NCBI RefSeq assembly: GCF_009914755.1
Contig: NC_060930.1
Reading direction: 5' to 3' (one strand)
Length of the DNA: 64,000 nucleotides
From: the human T2T-CHM13v2.0 reference genome, Homo sapiens
Below, piece by piece: positions 1-16,592 of this stretch. Position numbers and translations under genes: made by a program. The notes under the pieces were generated by a model that ran no database searches, had not been told where the DNA came from, and was given only the letters and a program-made list of their open reading frames with translations. Position 1 is the first letter of the stretch. Every line of letters begins with the position of its first letter.

Positions 1-560
1 ATAATATGCATAGATGGTAAGCACTGTTATTGCATGTTTGAAAATGTCTGATTTTGCTTTCACACTTGATTATTTCAGTCTAGATTCAAAATTATTGTTT
101 CTGAACTTTGAAGGCATTGCACCTCTGATACCTACAATCTAGTGTAGCCAATAAGTCTGATGTTAGACTTACGACATAGTTGATTGTGTGTGTGAGTGTG
201 TGTGTGTCTTTTTACCTCTTTGAACCATATAGGACTTTTTGCTTTATCCTTAGTTCTAAAATTTCACCACTATCTTTTTGTCATCGGTCCTTTTATTTTT
301 GAGCTTTACTATCTGAAGTCTTCTCTAGCTTAGGATATTTTCTCCCCACTAATATTAATGTATCTTCACCTAGAAATCGAGTAGGTGGATTTTAGGCCTC
401 TTGAAAGCGATTCTTTATTATTTTCCTTCTCTTTGTTTTTTATTGTATGTATTAGAGATTTCCTTGGCTTAAATTTTCCAGCCTACTGAATGAGGGCTTA
501 GCCATATAAATGCTATCATTTAGTCCATTAGATTTATATTTTGGCACTTACTTGTTTAAA
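1..560 (-). mobile_element. Highly diverged old LINE-1/HAL1-type fragment
   Basis: T-rich sequence with words typical of antisense old L1 (ttgaaggcattgc...aagtctgatg); boundaries approximate. Confidence 0.4.
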
Positions 561-596
561 ATCTGAGCGCTTTCTCATTCTTGTTATTCTTTCCAG

Positions 597-642
597 GAAA
601 GGAGAGTGAATATCTATGGATATTGCCCTGGCCCTTAAGAAG
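597..642 (+). ncRNA. Candidate 46 nt non-coding exon
   Basis: Pyrimidine tract ending ttccag acceptor; AAG|GTATTG donor; no transcript evidence. Confidence 0.25.
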
Positions 643-1834
643 GTATTGTTCTTCAAAGATGATCTTCTTGGATTGCTTAGAATTTTTATTTTCCAGCATC
701 AGAAGCACATACTGAATTTATTAAATTTTAGATAGAATGTATTTCTGTTTTCCACCAAGGCCGCAGCTCCGGCTAAGTTAGGTGTCTTATGGCTCCCTGG
801 AATAATTTAGTCTTTCCTACCTCCTGTGCTCTCATGTCGTTTTTTAATGTGTTTCCTTCCATCTCCCAAGTCTTCTGTAAAAGCTAGTCCAATTGCCCTC
901 CTTCCACCTCAAGTACACAGAAGGTTCTGGAACACCACCCCTCCCCCTACCACTCAGCCAGAAGCTGATTTTTTCCTAACATTCATTGACCCTTGCTTGA
1001 ACCTTTCTTCTCATTGCCCCTCCCTCTCTTGCCAGGGTCACTCCTGCTAGTGTAGAATTTCTGAAATGAAGGTAAATAAAGGTGTCAAGAGGACAAGAAA
1101 ATTCCCAAACATGAGAGGGAGAGGATGGAGAGTTCTGGGGGCAGGTAGAAGCCCCCTTGCCAGGTACCCCTTGTGTAACAATTGCTGTTCAGTGGTGGGG
1201 AGCTTACATTTCTGCCTCTTACCTAAAAACTTAATTAAACTGAAACTTAATTTCTCAAATTATTTTATGTTCCAAAAATCAGTTCTAAGTCAAAACTGGT
1301 GAATAGATGACCAAAATAGAAGCTATTAGAATTCTCTTTATATAGCAGGGAATAGAATTATATAACCTGGATGCATTCCTGAAATTTCTTTGTGGTTTGG
1401 CTTCAGTAAATTACTACTTTACCTACAGCTTTAAAAGTATATTTAGACTTAAGTTTAAAGAGTGATAACCACATGTGTAAACATCATTGAATACCATTCT
1501 TTTAATGAGTGGGGAATGTTATTTATATTCTGTCTTCACTTCCTCTGGAAAGCCCATTTCTTTTGGGAAGGCTTTAACTTATATTGTACTCACCTTAGAA
1601 AGTGAAAAGAATTCACTTTAGTATATTTTAACCCAGCCACAAAATTTTCACTGTTGCTGCTGAGAACCGCTTGGCCCCAATCTCTGAGTACAGTGTTTTA
1701 AAATTGAACTGTCTTAAAATAGCAAGACAATATATATGCCACTAGAATAGAGGATGGGTATGTTTAAGGGATTCAAATAACCCTTATTAATGCATTAATT
1801 TTTAAAAATGCTATATATTTCTCTATTTTTCTTT

Positions 1835-2060
1835 TTTAATTTTTAAGAAATTGACAATGAACATATTCATGGAATACATAATGATGTTCATCATCTGCAA
1901 CATTTATCATTTTTTTGTGTTTGGAATATTCAGTATCCTTCTAGCTATTTGGAACTACGTATTATTGTTAATTACAGTCATCCTCTGGTGATCTAGAACA
2001 CTAGAATTTATTCATCCTGTCTAGCTGTAATTTTATGTCCTTTAACAAATCTGTTCCTAT
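1835..2060 (-). mobile_element. L1MA-type 3' end fragment
   Basis: Resembles antisense L1MA 3' UTR (tattgttaattacagtcatcct...tagaacactagaatttattc...tagctgtaatttt). Confidence 0.65.
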
Positions 2061-2096
2061 CCTTTTTTTTTTTTATTTTGAAAAACAATTTTGCAG

Positions 2097-2128
2097 TTAG
2101 TATTTCAATGAGACAATGAAGCAGGCAG
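2097..2128 (+). ncRNA. Candidate micro-exon
   Basis: ttttgcag acceptor and perfect CAG|GTGAGT donor. Confidence 0.2.
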
Positions 2129-2444
2129 GTGAGTGGGAACCGATGACCAAGAGCTTCCTGGGCTGGCCTGAAGAGTCTGGGCTCATCTACATAGTGATGG
2201 GGACCATGGGAAGGATTGAAGCAAAGAACTCCATATGATCATGTTTATCGTGTAGCTGTCAGGGTGCAAGTAGACTGGGAGGCAGACCAGAGGGGAGGTC
2301 TTGTGTAATGCATGTCGGAAAGCAATGGAGCCATGGACCAGGCAGGAATTATGGTTCCTGTTCAATTCTGAACTTTTATTCTGTATCAATGATGCTGCCA
2401 TTAGACTAATTTGCTGGTTATTTTATAAAGAGTCCTTTTAGGGC

Positions 2445-2605
2445 TAGAAGGGACCTCGGAGGTTTCTACGCAACTCTGTCATTTTGTAAATGGAAAAACC
2501 CTAAGGCCTAAAGAAGTGAAATGACTCCTCCAAGTCGGACAGCTCCTTAATAGCAGATCTTGGCCTTGGGCCCAAATCTTTCGATTCCAAAGCCACTGCT
2601 TTCCC
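2445..2605 (-). mobile_element. MIR SINE
   Basis: cattttgtaaatggaaaaac...gaagtgaaatgact core resembles antisense MIR. Confidence 0.55.
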
Positions 2606-2814
2606 TGTAGGGTTACCCATCTGGCCCTACCTGCTGTCTGCTAAGCACATGCCCAGGCCGGCGTCCCGCCAGTAGGACCGATCACCTGATTGTTGATGGT
2701 GCAGAATGTGATATTGACAGACTTTCTATTTTTTTTCTAGTCAGCTCATGACTGACTCTCCTAAATGACTTAATTATAATTTTCCCAACTCTTCCCAAAT
2801 GCGCAGGCTTGCCC

Positions 2815-3400
2815 AACTTTTTCAGAAGATGATCTTGACTTTTACTTCTCCGAGCAAATAGAAATCACTTGAGAACACACAGGGCCATGGCCTGCCACCA
2901 CATCTACCAAGAACCATCATGTTCCTGCCTTTGTCATAACAGCAAACGTGTCCCCATCTTAATTAACACTGGTCCCTGGGTCCTCATTCTTCCTGTATTT
3001 TCAGGGATGCTTTGGCTTACTCTTCCTTTTTCAGTATTTTCTACCCCTTCCTCTCTAAAAGATCTATCTTGTCACCATTTATATATCATCCGGACTCTCC
3101 CACGCAAAACCCTGCTTGGAATACCCACACCACGCTAGCTCTTTCTACTTCCCTCCTCTCAGGCCTTGTGTAAGATACATGGTGTTTCACTCGTCGCCCT
3201 GAACTGTTTCCACTTTAGCCCTTACAATTTCCCAAAACTGCTCTCACTGACCTCATGCCACTAAATCCAGTGAGCACATTCTGCTTGGTTATTCATTTAA
3301 CAATTATTTGTGAGCATCTGCCATGTGCTGGGCATCGGGCATGCTGTGGTACACAGAGAAATGGGGTCTCCTGTGGTCTAATATTGGGGACAGATGTTAA
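2815..3400. mobile_element. L2 fragments
   Basis: gatcttgacttttacttctccgagcaaatagaa (L2 body) and attcatttaacaattatttgtgagcatctgccatgtgctgggc (antisense L2 tail). Confidence 0.45.
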
Positions 3401-6400
3401 AGAAATACCTATAGTTGCTGAATATTTAGATCAGAAAGTGCAAATCTAACTAATTTTATGGCAGGAGTACTATATGTCAGTTGTTTAGTGGGCACTAAAT
3501 GTCAGTTTCATAGTGAAAAACTTGTGGCTAGAGAATGCTCTAGCTTATCTGTGCACTACAAGTGTCCTGCCCTTTGATCTGGGCTTAACTCCACACACAG
3601 CCAAATGCCCCCACTATTAGAGGCTCTTTTACGTTTTATGTAGTGAAGATATCTTGGCTGAACATGCACATAAACAGAATCTGGAGAAATATTACTCTGT
3701 TCATGGAGTTAGAAACTAGAAACCATACATATCTATATTCTAAATAAAATTATTCTAAAATAAACAAGTTTAATATAGTCTAAACTGGCAAGATAGATTG
3801 ACGAAAACCCTGATGGTTTCTGTGAAGGAAAGCAAAAATATTGTGCAAAAGAGATGATCTGTGAAGTTCAGACTCTATGAAAGATTTTTGAAATGGTAAT
3901 CATATTCAGTTTTGAACCATTTTAAGATCAGCAAAATAACCGTGTAAGCACATGTTAGATATGCTAATGAAGGTTTAGTGAAAGTAAAAGTTTTCTCAAG
4001 TCCGGATTGAAAATGGCAAGGTGTTTCTGCATATGTCAGTTGTCTCTCTTACTTTCCTCATGGGCTACAATATTCAATATGAACAGTTCCCCTTTTTTTA
4101 GAAGTAAAAATGGTCCATGTTAGCAAAACCAAAGATTTCCAGGAAGTGCTGGTGGCTGTGGTGCTGTGGAACGTGTGGATGAATAAATCACTGTTTGGTA
4201 GTAAGTGTAAAACGTTTTATTGGAAGCCAGCCCTTCGTATCCATGTTTCCTTTTTCCCTCCCCTGAAACTGAAAGCTCATCTGAAATAGCCTCAGGATAG
4301 ATGTTAAATAAAAACTCTGTGATATATTTGGAAGTTCTCTTTTTAAAAAACCAATATGTCAAAGCCTGTTTTACTTGACTGATGTGAAAAGGCAAAAAAA
4401 AAAAAAAAAAAAAAAAAGCAAAAGGAAATTACCTTTCTAAATAGAATATTTTCAAGTGATGTAAGTAACCCTTTTTTTTTTCAAGTGATGTAACACATTT
4501 CCCGAATAAAGTATATTTTTACAGAAGCCTGGGTAAAAAAAAACTGTGCTTCACCATTAAATAAATGGGTGAATACAAATTCAGATTTTAAAGTTATCTC
4601 CTAAAATATTAGTTTATTAAATAAGTGGCACAAGAAACCTAATGTCCTGTTTCCCCTTATTAAATCTATTTGACTTATGAGATAGTACAACTTTGGAAAC
4701 CACAGCCAGCTGAATTCTGTTCATTTGAGGGAATTTTATTATTTTAATTAACATTCATTTTCACTGCTTGTTAACACATTCTGAATTGCTTGAAGTTATT
4801 GACCTAGATTGAAAGAAGCTCTTGAACTCTATAAAAGGTGGTGCTTATAAAATTTTTCTGCTTAGAAAATGTTGCTCAGTTTCTGTGGCTTCCTCCATTT
4901 TATTACGTGTAGAATCTGCCAAAACCTTGCTAACTTTCATAATCACCTTCCTTTTCCTTATTTATGCCTGGACTTGAGTATCTCTGGAAAATCTTGTTTT
5001 ACCCATAATTTTCCTCCACTGGAATGCTGCCAAGACCAAGATTTTAATATTAAAGTTGTATTTTGTTATGCTTTTAAAAGTTTACTGTATAACTACAGTT
5101 GCCTTTGGGCATTGTCTTTAATGCTGTGCCAGCCATCCCACTGGCTAAAGGTCCTGTGATGGTAAGGACTGAATCTGTCCCAATCATGGCTGCATCCTTA
5201 GCACCTGCACTGGTATGCTGTTGGTGCTCAAATGTTGGATGCATTCAAGGCATTTTAGGAGTAGCACAGGTTGCTCAACTAAAAGCATTGATAACTGTAT
5301 TACAGCACTTGTAATATAGCTGCTATCCAGTTTGTCTCCTGGTATGTAACCCTTCAAGAACCTGATGTCTTAGGCAGTGGTTCAGTATTTTTCTATGTAA
5401 CCCCAGTGCCTATAACAGCACCTGTAATAGTAGCGGTACTTAAGTGAAGCTCATTCATTGAAGAAACATTCCCTACTTTTTGCATTTTTGCCCAGCATCC
5501 CCTCCAACTTTAAAAACTTAAGGAAAATAGTGACGGAATCCCCAGTTCTTTGGCCAGCTTTTCTTTATTAAGAGGCCGTCTTTGCTGTAAGTATGAAAAA
5601 CAGAGAGACATACCAAGGAATATGAGGAAGAGGTCACCTACTGGAATGCCTCATCTCTAATTAAGTATTAGAATTAATTATCCTTTGCCAGGTAACTATG
5701 CCAACTTTTAGCCTGTTTAAAAAAAATAAACAGGAAATGGTAAAAATCTAAGGTCTGGACCATCAAAATTTGGTGTTGAGTTCTTGCTGTTTGTCTGCTT
5801 TTAGTTTCCTTTTTAAAAGCTCACAGTCAACTTACCATGAAATCTAGCCCAGATTCTGGAAGTATCTGGTATCAGTGTAACACATCTTAATAATGTAGTA
5901 AGAACCTCAATCAGTCCTGCCTCATATTGGTGTGTGTCCTGTGGAACCTAGGAATTGATACAAACTGGAAACTGAACTCATCTTAAAAGCTCAACTCATT
6001 TCATAAATTGCATTTACATGCAGCATGTGGTGCCTGATGAGACAGGCAAATCTGATATACAATATCTAGATTGGGTGGGGAGAACCTTTCTTTTGACAAA
6101 TCTTTCCTGATATATCTGTCAAAGCACCACTGAAAACAATTCAATGGATTAAAAACTGCTTGATGTATGTAGCTTTTCCAAAATGTGAGCCGTGTTTCTT
6201 GAAGATACCATACTTTATTCACTTTGCAATTCCTCATGCCTGCGTAATGCCCGGCTCATACCAGGCATTCACTACATAATTGAATCAAATGATGAGTAAA
6301 ACTCATGTATCTACTGGTTAGGAGGCTAAGAAATAGCTACTAAAAGATTTGTACCTCTCCTCTGTGGTTTCCACTTTCAAATTCTAGGATTTTTTCCCCC

Positions 6401-6823
6401 TAAGTGATTGACACCCACTTTTTTTTTTTTCAAAAGAAGAAATGGCCGTTTGCAAATATCAAATTAGAAATTAAAATTGACTTGAATTTGCAAGGAAAGC
6501 TATAGAGCGTGTGTCTGTCTTTGGAGGTCTCTGAGAATAGAAATGGATGTTTGTACATAATCGTAAATATTTGTTAAGTGGATAAACGAATTTTGAGGTA
6601 TTTAAATAAATTACCTCCATGAATGAAAAATTCAGGTGATTTGTTGAGTTGACATTCTCTCCCTTCCTACTTTGGTCAGCCAGTTTCCATTGTGAATTCT
6701 GTAGCTGGTGGATTTTCTTGCTTATAGCCAAAGAATTATATGTGCCTATAGCATGCCAGAACCAGAATTTGGCCCTATTAAAGAACTAATAAAGTCAATA
6801 AACATTTGACAAGGAAGAGCTAG

Positions 6824-7147
<324 letters not shown>

Positions 7148-7254
7148 GATAGTGTTTTTTGTATTCTTCTTATTTTTACAACTTTTCTTGGTATTTCCAA
7201 ATATATTTTTTTAAGTTAGTAATATCCTTTCTAGAAAAAAACAGGATATTTTTT

Positions 7255-8690
7255 AAAAGGTAACTTCTCCAGGAACAACAGAAAGATCCCTAGAAATACA
7301 TCTAGTGAAAGATATATGAGACCTTTATGTAGAAAATGGAATAATTTTAACATCACTGGAAGTTATTTTTTAAGGCTCTAAATAGTGTGGAGAGGTAACA
7401 TGTTCATAGACAATATCATTATTATAATATAAAGATGTTGATTTTCTCATATGTAGATCTAGTGTAACCCCAATCAAATTCAACATGTTTTTGGTGGAAC
7501 TTACATTAATTCTAAAATGTATACAGAACAAAGATTCATAAGTAGCCAAAATAATTCTGAAGAAACACATAGAAGGATTTAGCAATGTTATTTATATTGC
7601 TACAAAATCATAGTTATTTAGGCAGTGTGATTTTGGCAATAGGGATGAGCAGTTAGACCAAAAAATAGTAATCTTGAAACAGGCCCACATTTATATAGAA
7701 TCCTGATATGTAACAGAGGTGCATTGCAAATAAGTGGAAAGAATAAATTAGTAAATGACTCTGGGGTAATTGGTTATCCTTATGGAAAAAATGAAAATGC
7801 ATCCTTGCCTCACACCATATACAGTCATCAATTTCAACTGGATCGAGGACTTACATGTGAAATTACAAAGTGTTTAAAAGAAATATATAAGAATATTTTC
7901 ATGTCCTTGGGATAGGAAAAGAATTTCTTAAACAAGACAAAAATCTTTAAACCATAGACATATGTAACTGCATTATATTTAAGATCCTCTGTTGAGAGTG
8001 AAGATAAATCATAATCCATAACAGACCTATGGATTTATATATTGAAGAATATATGAAGAACTCCAACAAATTCATAAGCAGAAGACAATTCAGTAGAAAA
8101 TGGGCAAAATGCATGAACAGATTTTTCACAGGGAAGGAAACATAGATGCATATGAAAATATGCTCAACCTCAGTAATTAGGAAAATGCAAATTTAAACCA
8201 TAATAATACCATTTCACACCCATGAGAATAGCTATAATTACAATTGTGTAGCACCAAGTGTTGGCCATAGTGTAGTGTAGAGCCAGTGGAACTCTTATAC
8301 ACTATGGGTGGAGTGTAAATTGGTACAATCCTTGAAAAACTTTAGAATTACCAGTAAAGTTCACCATGTGTATGATGAACAGCCTAACACTTTCAATTCA
8401 GATAAATACAATGTAGAATCTCCAGCACATGAATACAGAAGAAATGTACAACATTGCTTTTAGTAGGAATAAAACCCAAACTGGATACATATAGTCTACA
8501 GGTCTAAACACCAGAGCATATAAATATACCACAAGTTATTCAATAACATACTATCCACCAGTACAAACAGTTGAACTACATAATTAGCAAAATGACACGG
8601 GTATATCTCACACAATATTGAATGGGAGAAAGCAAGTTACAATCGTGTATGTACAAGCCTGTTTTACAGTTCAAAAGCACACAAAATTTG
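7255..8690 (+). mobile_element. Old L1M (ORF2 3' part and 3' UTR), decayed
   Basis: A-rich L1 ORF2 words (ctaaaatgtatac, cctcacaccatatac, ggataggaaaagaatttcttaaacaagac, gtgtaaattggtacaa); no intact ORF. Confidence 0.8.
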
Positions 8691-8699
8691 TCAGAATGG

Positions 8700-9050
8700 G
8701 GTTTCTACATGTTGGCTTATCCTTGAACCCTACGTGTTTGCAGGATGGCTGCAGCAGCTCTCCCCTCTCTTGTTCTTATCTAATAGTGGGAAAAGTTCTG
8801 TTTTATTCTTCATAAAACCCAAAAATTAGGTCTCGGTGGCCCTGATTGGTCTGGTGTGGGCCATGTGCCAATCCATGAACTAATCACAGTAATTAGGGGG
8901 ATGAAACATGATGAATGGCTTAGCCTAATTAATGTCATTCAGAGCACATGGGCTGGGAGTAGGGCAAGGGAGAGGAAAATGTTGGTGCGAATGCCAGAAG
9001 GAGGGTAGATGGATGTCAGGCTTCAAAACCAACAGATGATGTTATTCCAC
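8700..9050 (-). mobile_element. MLT1-type (ERVL-MaLR) LTR fragment
   Basis: gatggctgcagcagctc...ctgattggtc...gggccatgtgccaatccatgaactaatcac. Confidence 0.6.
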
Positions 9051-12000
9051 CCACTTCATAGAAGCCAGTTTGTATTACACAGGCCATTGTTACTTGCTGA
9101 TGTCTATGAATGAAATGAAACAGCTCAAAGAAGGGCAGGTAGAAGCAAGAAAGGGGTTTTTATGTTGCAGTGGATGTAGAGTCACAGGTTACCTAGCTGA
9201 CATTCCCAGATTGGAATGGACAAATGTGATGTGGCTCTCCAAGATGACAGGTAGGGGCAGCAGCAAGAATCTATTCCAAATAGTGATTCTTTTGAGATTT
9301 ACGTGATCAGATTTTATATCCCCTCAAAAATATTCCCTTTCTTTTCATGTACTTGACCATCTTCGTTACGGACTTAAATCATATTTTCTGGAAATTCATG
9401 GGAGGAACATTGGTAGATTTACCCTTTTGGCATTATTACAATTCGACACTGATCTGAAGTCCTGTCATTTCTGGTAGCCCCTTATATGGATTTCTCCCCT
9501 CACTTTGTTTCCTTGTTTCTTTTACAAAGTTCATGTGTTTTACTCAAGAAACAACATATTTTGTGCTTACGAACAAATTTATTGGGCTCCTATATATCAA
9601 ATAATTGACATTTTAGGGAAAATTTTTATGCTTTGGGTCTTTGTGTAGTCAGTATCGTATATAGAAGTATTATCAGACATGACTTTAAATCATTCCTTGT
9701 TTAAGCCATGCCTAACTCAGACCATTAAAAGCCACTTTACCTAGTCACATAGAATAACAATGGCCTTTTATTTTGTCCTGCATATAAAAAGCAAGATTGG
9801 TCTCTTTCGTGGGTAATTGTTGTTAACATTCATTCTGGAATAATACAGTTGATCCACAGTTATTGTCAGGGACACATAGCTTTGAGTCTGTTGTCTAAAA
9901 TTAAAGGTAAGCCTATTTTAGACACTGTAGTTAAAAGGACATGGTGATAGGTTGGTCTCCTTTTTACAAAATCAACCCTGACATTTTATTTATTTTTATG
10001 CTCAAATCACGAGTTGTGTTTTGCCTATGTAACTTATTTTAAACATCACCTTGCTTATAGTGTAGACTATAAGTTTAGCATTGTTCTTTGGCCAAAAGCA
10101 ATAAAATATGACCTGTTTCACCGTGATTCAGTGAAGTGCAGTCAGCATTTTCTTTTCACAAATATAACACTGATGGCTATTTTTAACACTTCCCCAACCT
10201 TCAGAAGTGTAATGAAGTTTTGTTTTGACGTAAAATTCTAATTGGATTTTATGTCCTGAGTATAATATATTAGTGGATGTTGTACTTAAGGCCAGACAAT
10301 CAAATATTCTTAATTTTTTAAAAAATCCTATTTTGAATTTATAGAACAGCCTCTGAGGTTCTCAAGTATTCACCTATAAATAAACATTGCTGATTGTAAA
10401 AGCCCTCTTGCTGTTCTCATATTCCTATAATAACTGAAATTATAAACTCATTGGTTTACCTCATATTGAATTTCCTGACTAGATGATGCTTTTTTCTTTT
10501 TTTAAAAAAGTACATTTGCATTTTTCATCATTTCTCATGAGGGAATCATTGTCTAAAGATTTCTTTAAATGTCTTCTATATAGATTCTTTAAGCATTATT
10601 TTTCTGAATATGATCTATTTTCAGACTGTCTTCATTTTAATTTGTTTGTGACTCATCATTTCTGCCACTGGATAAAAACCAGTGCTTTTTAAATAATTTG
10701 TTTTAAATGATCTTAACCTTTACTATTTCTAATAGGTTTTAAAAAGATATTTCTTTTATGGTATCTTTCTAGGTATTCAACCTCGTCACCTGCTGATGGG
10801 GATAATTTGGCTGTTTATTTTCTTTCACTGTTGCACAGTGAGACTTTCATTCCTGACTTTTAATAAAAATGTCTATTGATTTCAGGTCTTCTTAAAAATC
10901 ATGGCAAACTATCCTATTTCTCCATACACTGAGAGATGACCATATGTAGGTGCTGAGTTTACCCCATGCCATTTTGTCATCTTTGAAGATAAGAATAAGT
11001 GTTGATCTTTTGTGACCTATTGATAGGGCATAATGGATCTATTTATATAATATTTATAGAATAAACCTTATTTATGGAGATGTGTTGTATACTAGAAATT
11101 GAGTTTTCTGAGCACTTTATTGAGGGTTCTTACATCTTATCTAAGTCAAACATGCCTCTTCCTTTTCTCTCTTTGTACCTTATCAGATTTGTGCTGGCTT
11201 TATCAAATTGGGGAGCCTCATTTTCCCTCTATCTTGAAAGCTTTTCATATAGTTTGGGAATTATCTAATCCTTGAGGTAAACTGTATGTATTAGTTGTTT
11301 AGCCTTTATATTTTTGGTTCAGTGTTGATAATTAAATATCACCTTATAAAACTGTTTCCAATGAAATGTTTGAATTTATTCACAAGGATATTTTTATATA
11401 GTATTCATGATTTTTTTCATCTTTTCTGTTTCTGTGATATAGTCCTCTAATAATTCTAGTTTTTGGTTGGATGTTAAGACCAAATTTGTCAGAAATCTGC
11501 CCATGAAGTATTTCATTCTGCAATGAACCACCTACTTGTTTTTAAATATTTAAATCACAGAATCCTGCTTTTTTTTTAATTTGTCTTGCCTATATCATAT
11601 TTATTTCAGACTTAACTGAGCTTAAACATTTAATTTCTTTATTCTCTTCAATGAAAAAGTACTCGTGTTACAAATGAAACTGCATTGTCTTTACTCCTCC
11701 TATGCAGAATAAAATTAGCTAATTTTCATTATCCCCACTCATTTCCCCATTTTTGATCATATGAGCTAGGATTTCAGACCTAGGTGGAGCTAATTATAGT
11801 AAAGCTTTTTATTAAGTTTTTTTGTTTTTCAAAAATTTTGGAATCCGGCACTCTAGTTGGGCTATTTTTATAATAATAATAATTAGCACATTCTGTGCCT
11901 GCCTTTAATGTTCCCCACCAGTGCTATTGTGTATCTACCTTTTCACTCTGAAGTTTTTCTTTTGATTCATCCCTCAATCAACTGGAATATATTCGAGTAA

Positions 12001-12112
12001 CTTTTCTTCATGAAGATACCCAGCTGAGAAATTTCTAGGCACTTTTTTTTAATTTTAAAACTCTGCAAATGTTGAAATGTCTGCGGTTCTTTCTTTTTAA
12101 AAACAGTGACCA

Positions 12113-12657
<545 letters not shown>

Positions 12658-13244
12658 TCACCCCAATGAGCTCGACCCCTCAACTCTCTTGCACTGATGG
12701 AAAGTGAGAAGAACTCAGAGAAGAGTGGCTGTGGCCTTAGGCAATTGTTGGAGGACTTGTGTTTTGGAGCTAGGGATGCTGCGGTGGAGAAGGATTGAAA
12801 TCAGAGCCTCTCCTTCCATTCCCTGCTTCATGGCCTCGCGTTTTCTCTCTCCTTTGTTGGGGGAAATTCTTCCTGGTTTCTGGCAAGTCACTGAACTCCT
12901 CTGTTTACAGAGCTATTGTATGTTCAAGTCTCCTTTTGAATTATCTGAGTATTATTTCAAGGGAAAGGGAAAATCAAGGATGATAGGACTTCAGTAACTT
13001 TCTAATACCACATCCTGTGAATTTTTTCATTTTTTAATTAAATGTTTATGATTACTGCTATAGGCCTATTACAGTCCAGTAGCATGATATGGCCTTTTCC
13101 TGGGAATATCCTGGCCTTTTGGCATCTAGTCTTCCTTTTAAACAACTTAAAATTAGCCCTGATAGCTCATCCATGTTCCACTAAAAGAATTCTGAGAAAG
13201 CAATATTTAAGTAAAAAGCAATTTATTTTTTGTTTTTACTACAG

Positions 13245-13303
13245 GTGAAGACTGATGAGAAGAGTCTGTGGGTGAAGACATTGAAAAGGTTTCAACTATA
13301 AAA
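13245..13303 (+). ncRNA. Candidate 59 nt exon
   Basis: Strong acceptor tttttgtttttactacag, GAAGA-type enhancer words, AAA|GTGAGC donor. Confidence 0.3.
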
Positions 13304-13434
13304 GTGAGCTCTTTTCATTTTTTTGCCCCTTGAGTATGAAACATATGTTAAAAGCTGAACGTATTCATAATTTCAGTTTGTTAGTATTTTTGTATAAGTG
13401 TACTCTGTAAGTCACATTTTTCGATTTTCAAGTA

Positions 13435-13750
13435 TAGCAGTCCCCCTTATCTGTGGGGAATATGTTCCAAGCGCCCCGTGGATGCCTGAAACCATGGATA
13501 GTACTGACTCTATGTGAATTGTTTTTCCTATACATGCATATCTATAATAAGTTTTCATGTCTACATTAGGCACAGTAAAAGATTAGCAACAACGAATAAT
13601 AAAATAGAACAATTATAACAACACACCGTCATAAAAGTTATGTGAATATAGTTTCTCTGTCTCTCAAAATACTGTAATATTTTCAGACCACAGTTGACTG
13701 CAGGTAACTGAAACTGCAGAAAGTGAAATCACCTATTAGAGGAGCTACTG
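13435..13750 (-). mobile_element. MER44 (Tigger7-derived) DNA transposon
   Basis: Termini tagcagtccccc... and ...gagctactg flanked by TA; internal gaccacagttgactgcaggtaactgaaactgcagaaagtgaaa. Confidence 0.8.
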
Positions 13751-13757
13751 TAGTCAG

Positions 13758-14050
13758 TTTTTTCTTTTTTTGAGACAGGGTCTCGCTTTGTCACCCAGGC
13801 TGGAGTGCAGTGGTGCGATCTGAGCTCACTGCAACCTCCTCCCGATTTGAAGTGATTCTCCTGCCTCAGCCTCCGGAGTAGTTGGGATAACAGGCACGCA
13901 CCACCATGACTGGCTAATTTTTGTATTTTTAGTAGAGATGGGGTTTCACCACGTTGGCCAGGCTGGTCATGAACTCCTGACCTCAAGTGAGCCATCCACC
14001 TCGGCCACCTAAAGTACTGGGATTACAGGTGAGAGCCACCATGCCCAGCC
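13758..14050 (-). mobile_element. AluS
   Basis: Antisense dimeric Alu; flanking repeat ctgtagtc. Confidence 0.95.
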
Positions 14051-14086
14051 CTGTAGTCTTTTTTAAAACAGAAAAAACTATTCTCA

Positions 14087-14398
<312 letters not shown>

Positions 14399-14957
14399 CT
14401 ATTTTGTATAGAATAATGACAAATATTGTTACCAAAGGATAAAAATTAAAGAAAATGCGTACTGCAGATTAACATACATAAAGACTCAAAATGGAATCAA
14501 GTGTAATCGCACATGACCCATTTCAGAGTCATTTCTTCCCATTGGCTTTCTGGTTTTATTGAATTAGTCTTTAGGTAATATTTTAAATCCTTTTCATTGG
14601 CTAGAAAAGTTCTGTGGTATTTTTAACGTATTTTTCTTTAAGATTGAAAATCTCATTTTAACTTGGTGGTGTTGGTTCTTGAAAAACCACAATGACACTA
14701 AAAGGGAAAGAAGGAAGAGGAGATATGCCTTTCTGTTAGGTCCAGGCAATTATTTTACTCTGTTTCTTTCCTAAGTACTTTAACTCATCAGGCTCTGACC
14801 ACATTATGAACTATTTGTCAAGGCCTGCAATGGTAAACTATTTCCACGCTTATGCTTATACGTCAAATGCTTATTAGAGTGTTAGGAATAGATGAAGAAA
14901 TTTAGTCTGGTAAGCATAGTGGTATCACTTTTTACTGATAAAAAAGTTTATATTTTC

Positions 14958-15351
<394 letters not shown>

Positions 15352-15638
15352 TTAGAGCCTTGCCTTTAACTCACAAAATAATAATGCTTTATTGGAGACA
15401 TAAATATTTAAAACACTGAACTATTCTTGAAGTACTCAAAGTTATTACAAAGACAAACAGTATTTTAGTAGAGTCAAGATTACTTTGCTTGTGTCAGAGT
15501 TCATCAGTGTTTTGCTAACTGGTAAAACAATGGTTTTCTTACTGCAGATCTTTATTACTGGCAAGAAAGTCCCAGAAGTTCTTTTCTCTAACTTATGACT
15601 AGAATGCTGAGTAGCTTGAAAATCAATAGGTTCTGGTC

Positions 15639-15894
15639 TGGAGCTGACTTATTCATTAGTCACAGTGCTCAGGGCCCATGATACTTTCAGTGGCCTATGG
15701 AATTGTTTTAACTTTACTTTAAAAACAGAAGAAAAAAAATGAACATAGTAATAAGGAACATATAATATGGAACCTAGCTTGTATTATATTTGTCTTTATA
15801 CCAATGCAGTTGTAAAATTTAATATTTTTTCCTGGAGGAAGAGGCTCACAAAGGCCAAATTGTCCAAGGGCCACAAAAGTCATCATGGGGCCCC
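15639..15894 (-). mobile_element. MER96B-like hAT DNA transposon
   Basis: gacttattcattag...cagtgctcagggcccatgatacttt...tatatttgtctttataccaatgcagttgtaaaat...ggggcccc. Confidence 0.65.
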
Positions 15895-15904
15895 ACCTGT
15901 GTTA

Positions 15905-16274
<370 letters not shown>

Positions 16275-16592
16275 GAGTAAATATTTTCTTTTTTAGAAAT
16301 GATCTTCTCTGTAAATGAGTCCATAGATATGTCTGCTCATCAGAGAGATGCATGCTTATATCAACAAAGGAAGAAAGAAATGGCATGTTGTTAGGTTAGA
16401 TGGCCGTAGTTGTTCCTTCTGTTTTCCTAAAATCAAATAAATATTTCCCTTTCCATAATCATTGATATTCTGTTTGCTTTGTAACATGACTAATTTATTC
16501 GGTACTACAAAAACTCCTAGATGGATAGATACAGAGATAATTTTCTGAACAAAATTGTCTCTACATTTTGTTCTGTGTGCCTTCTTGTCCAG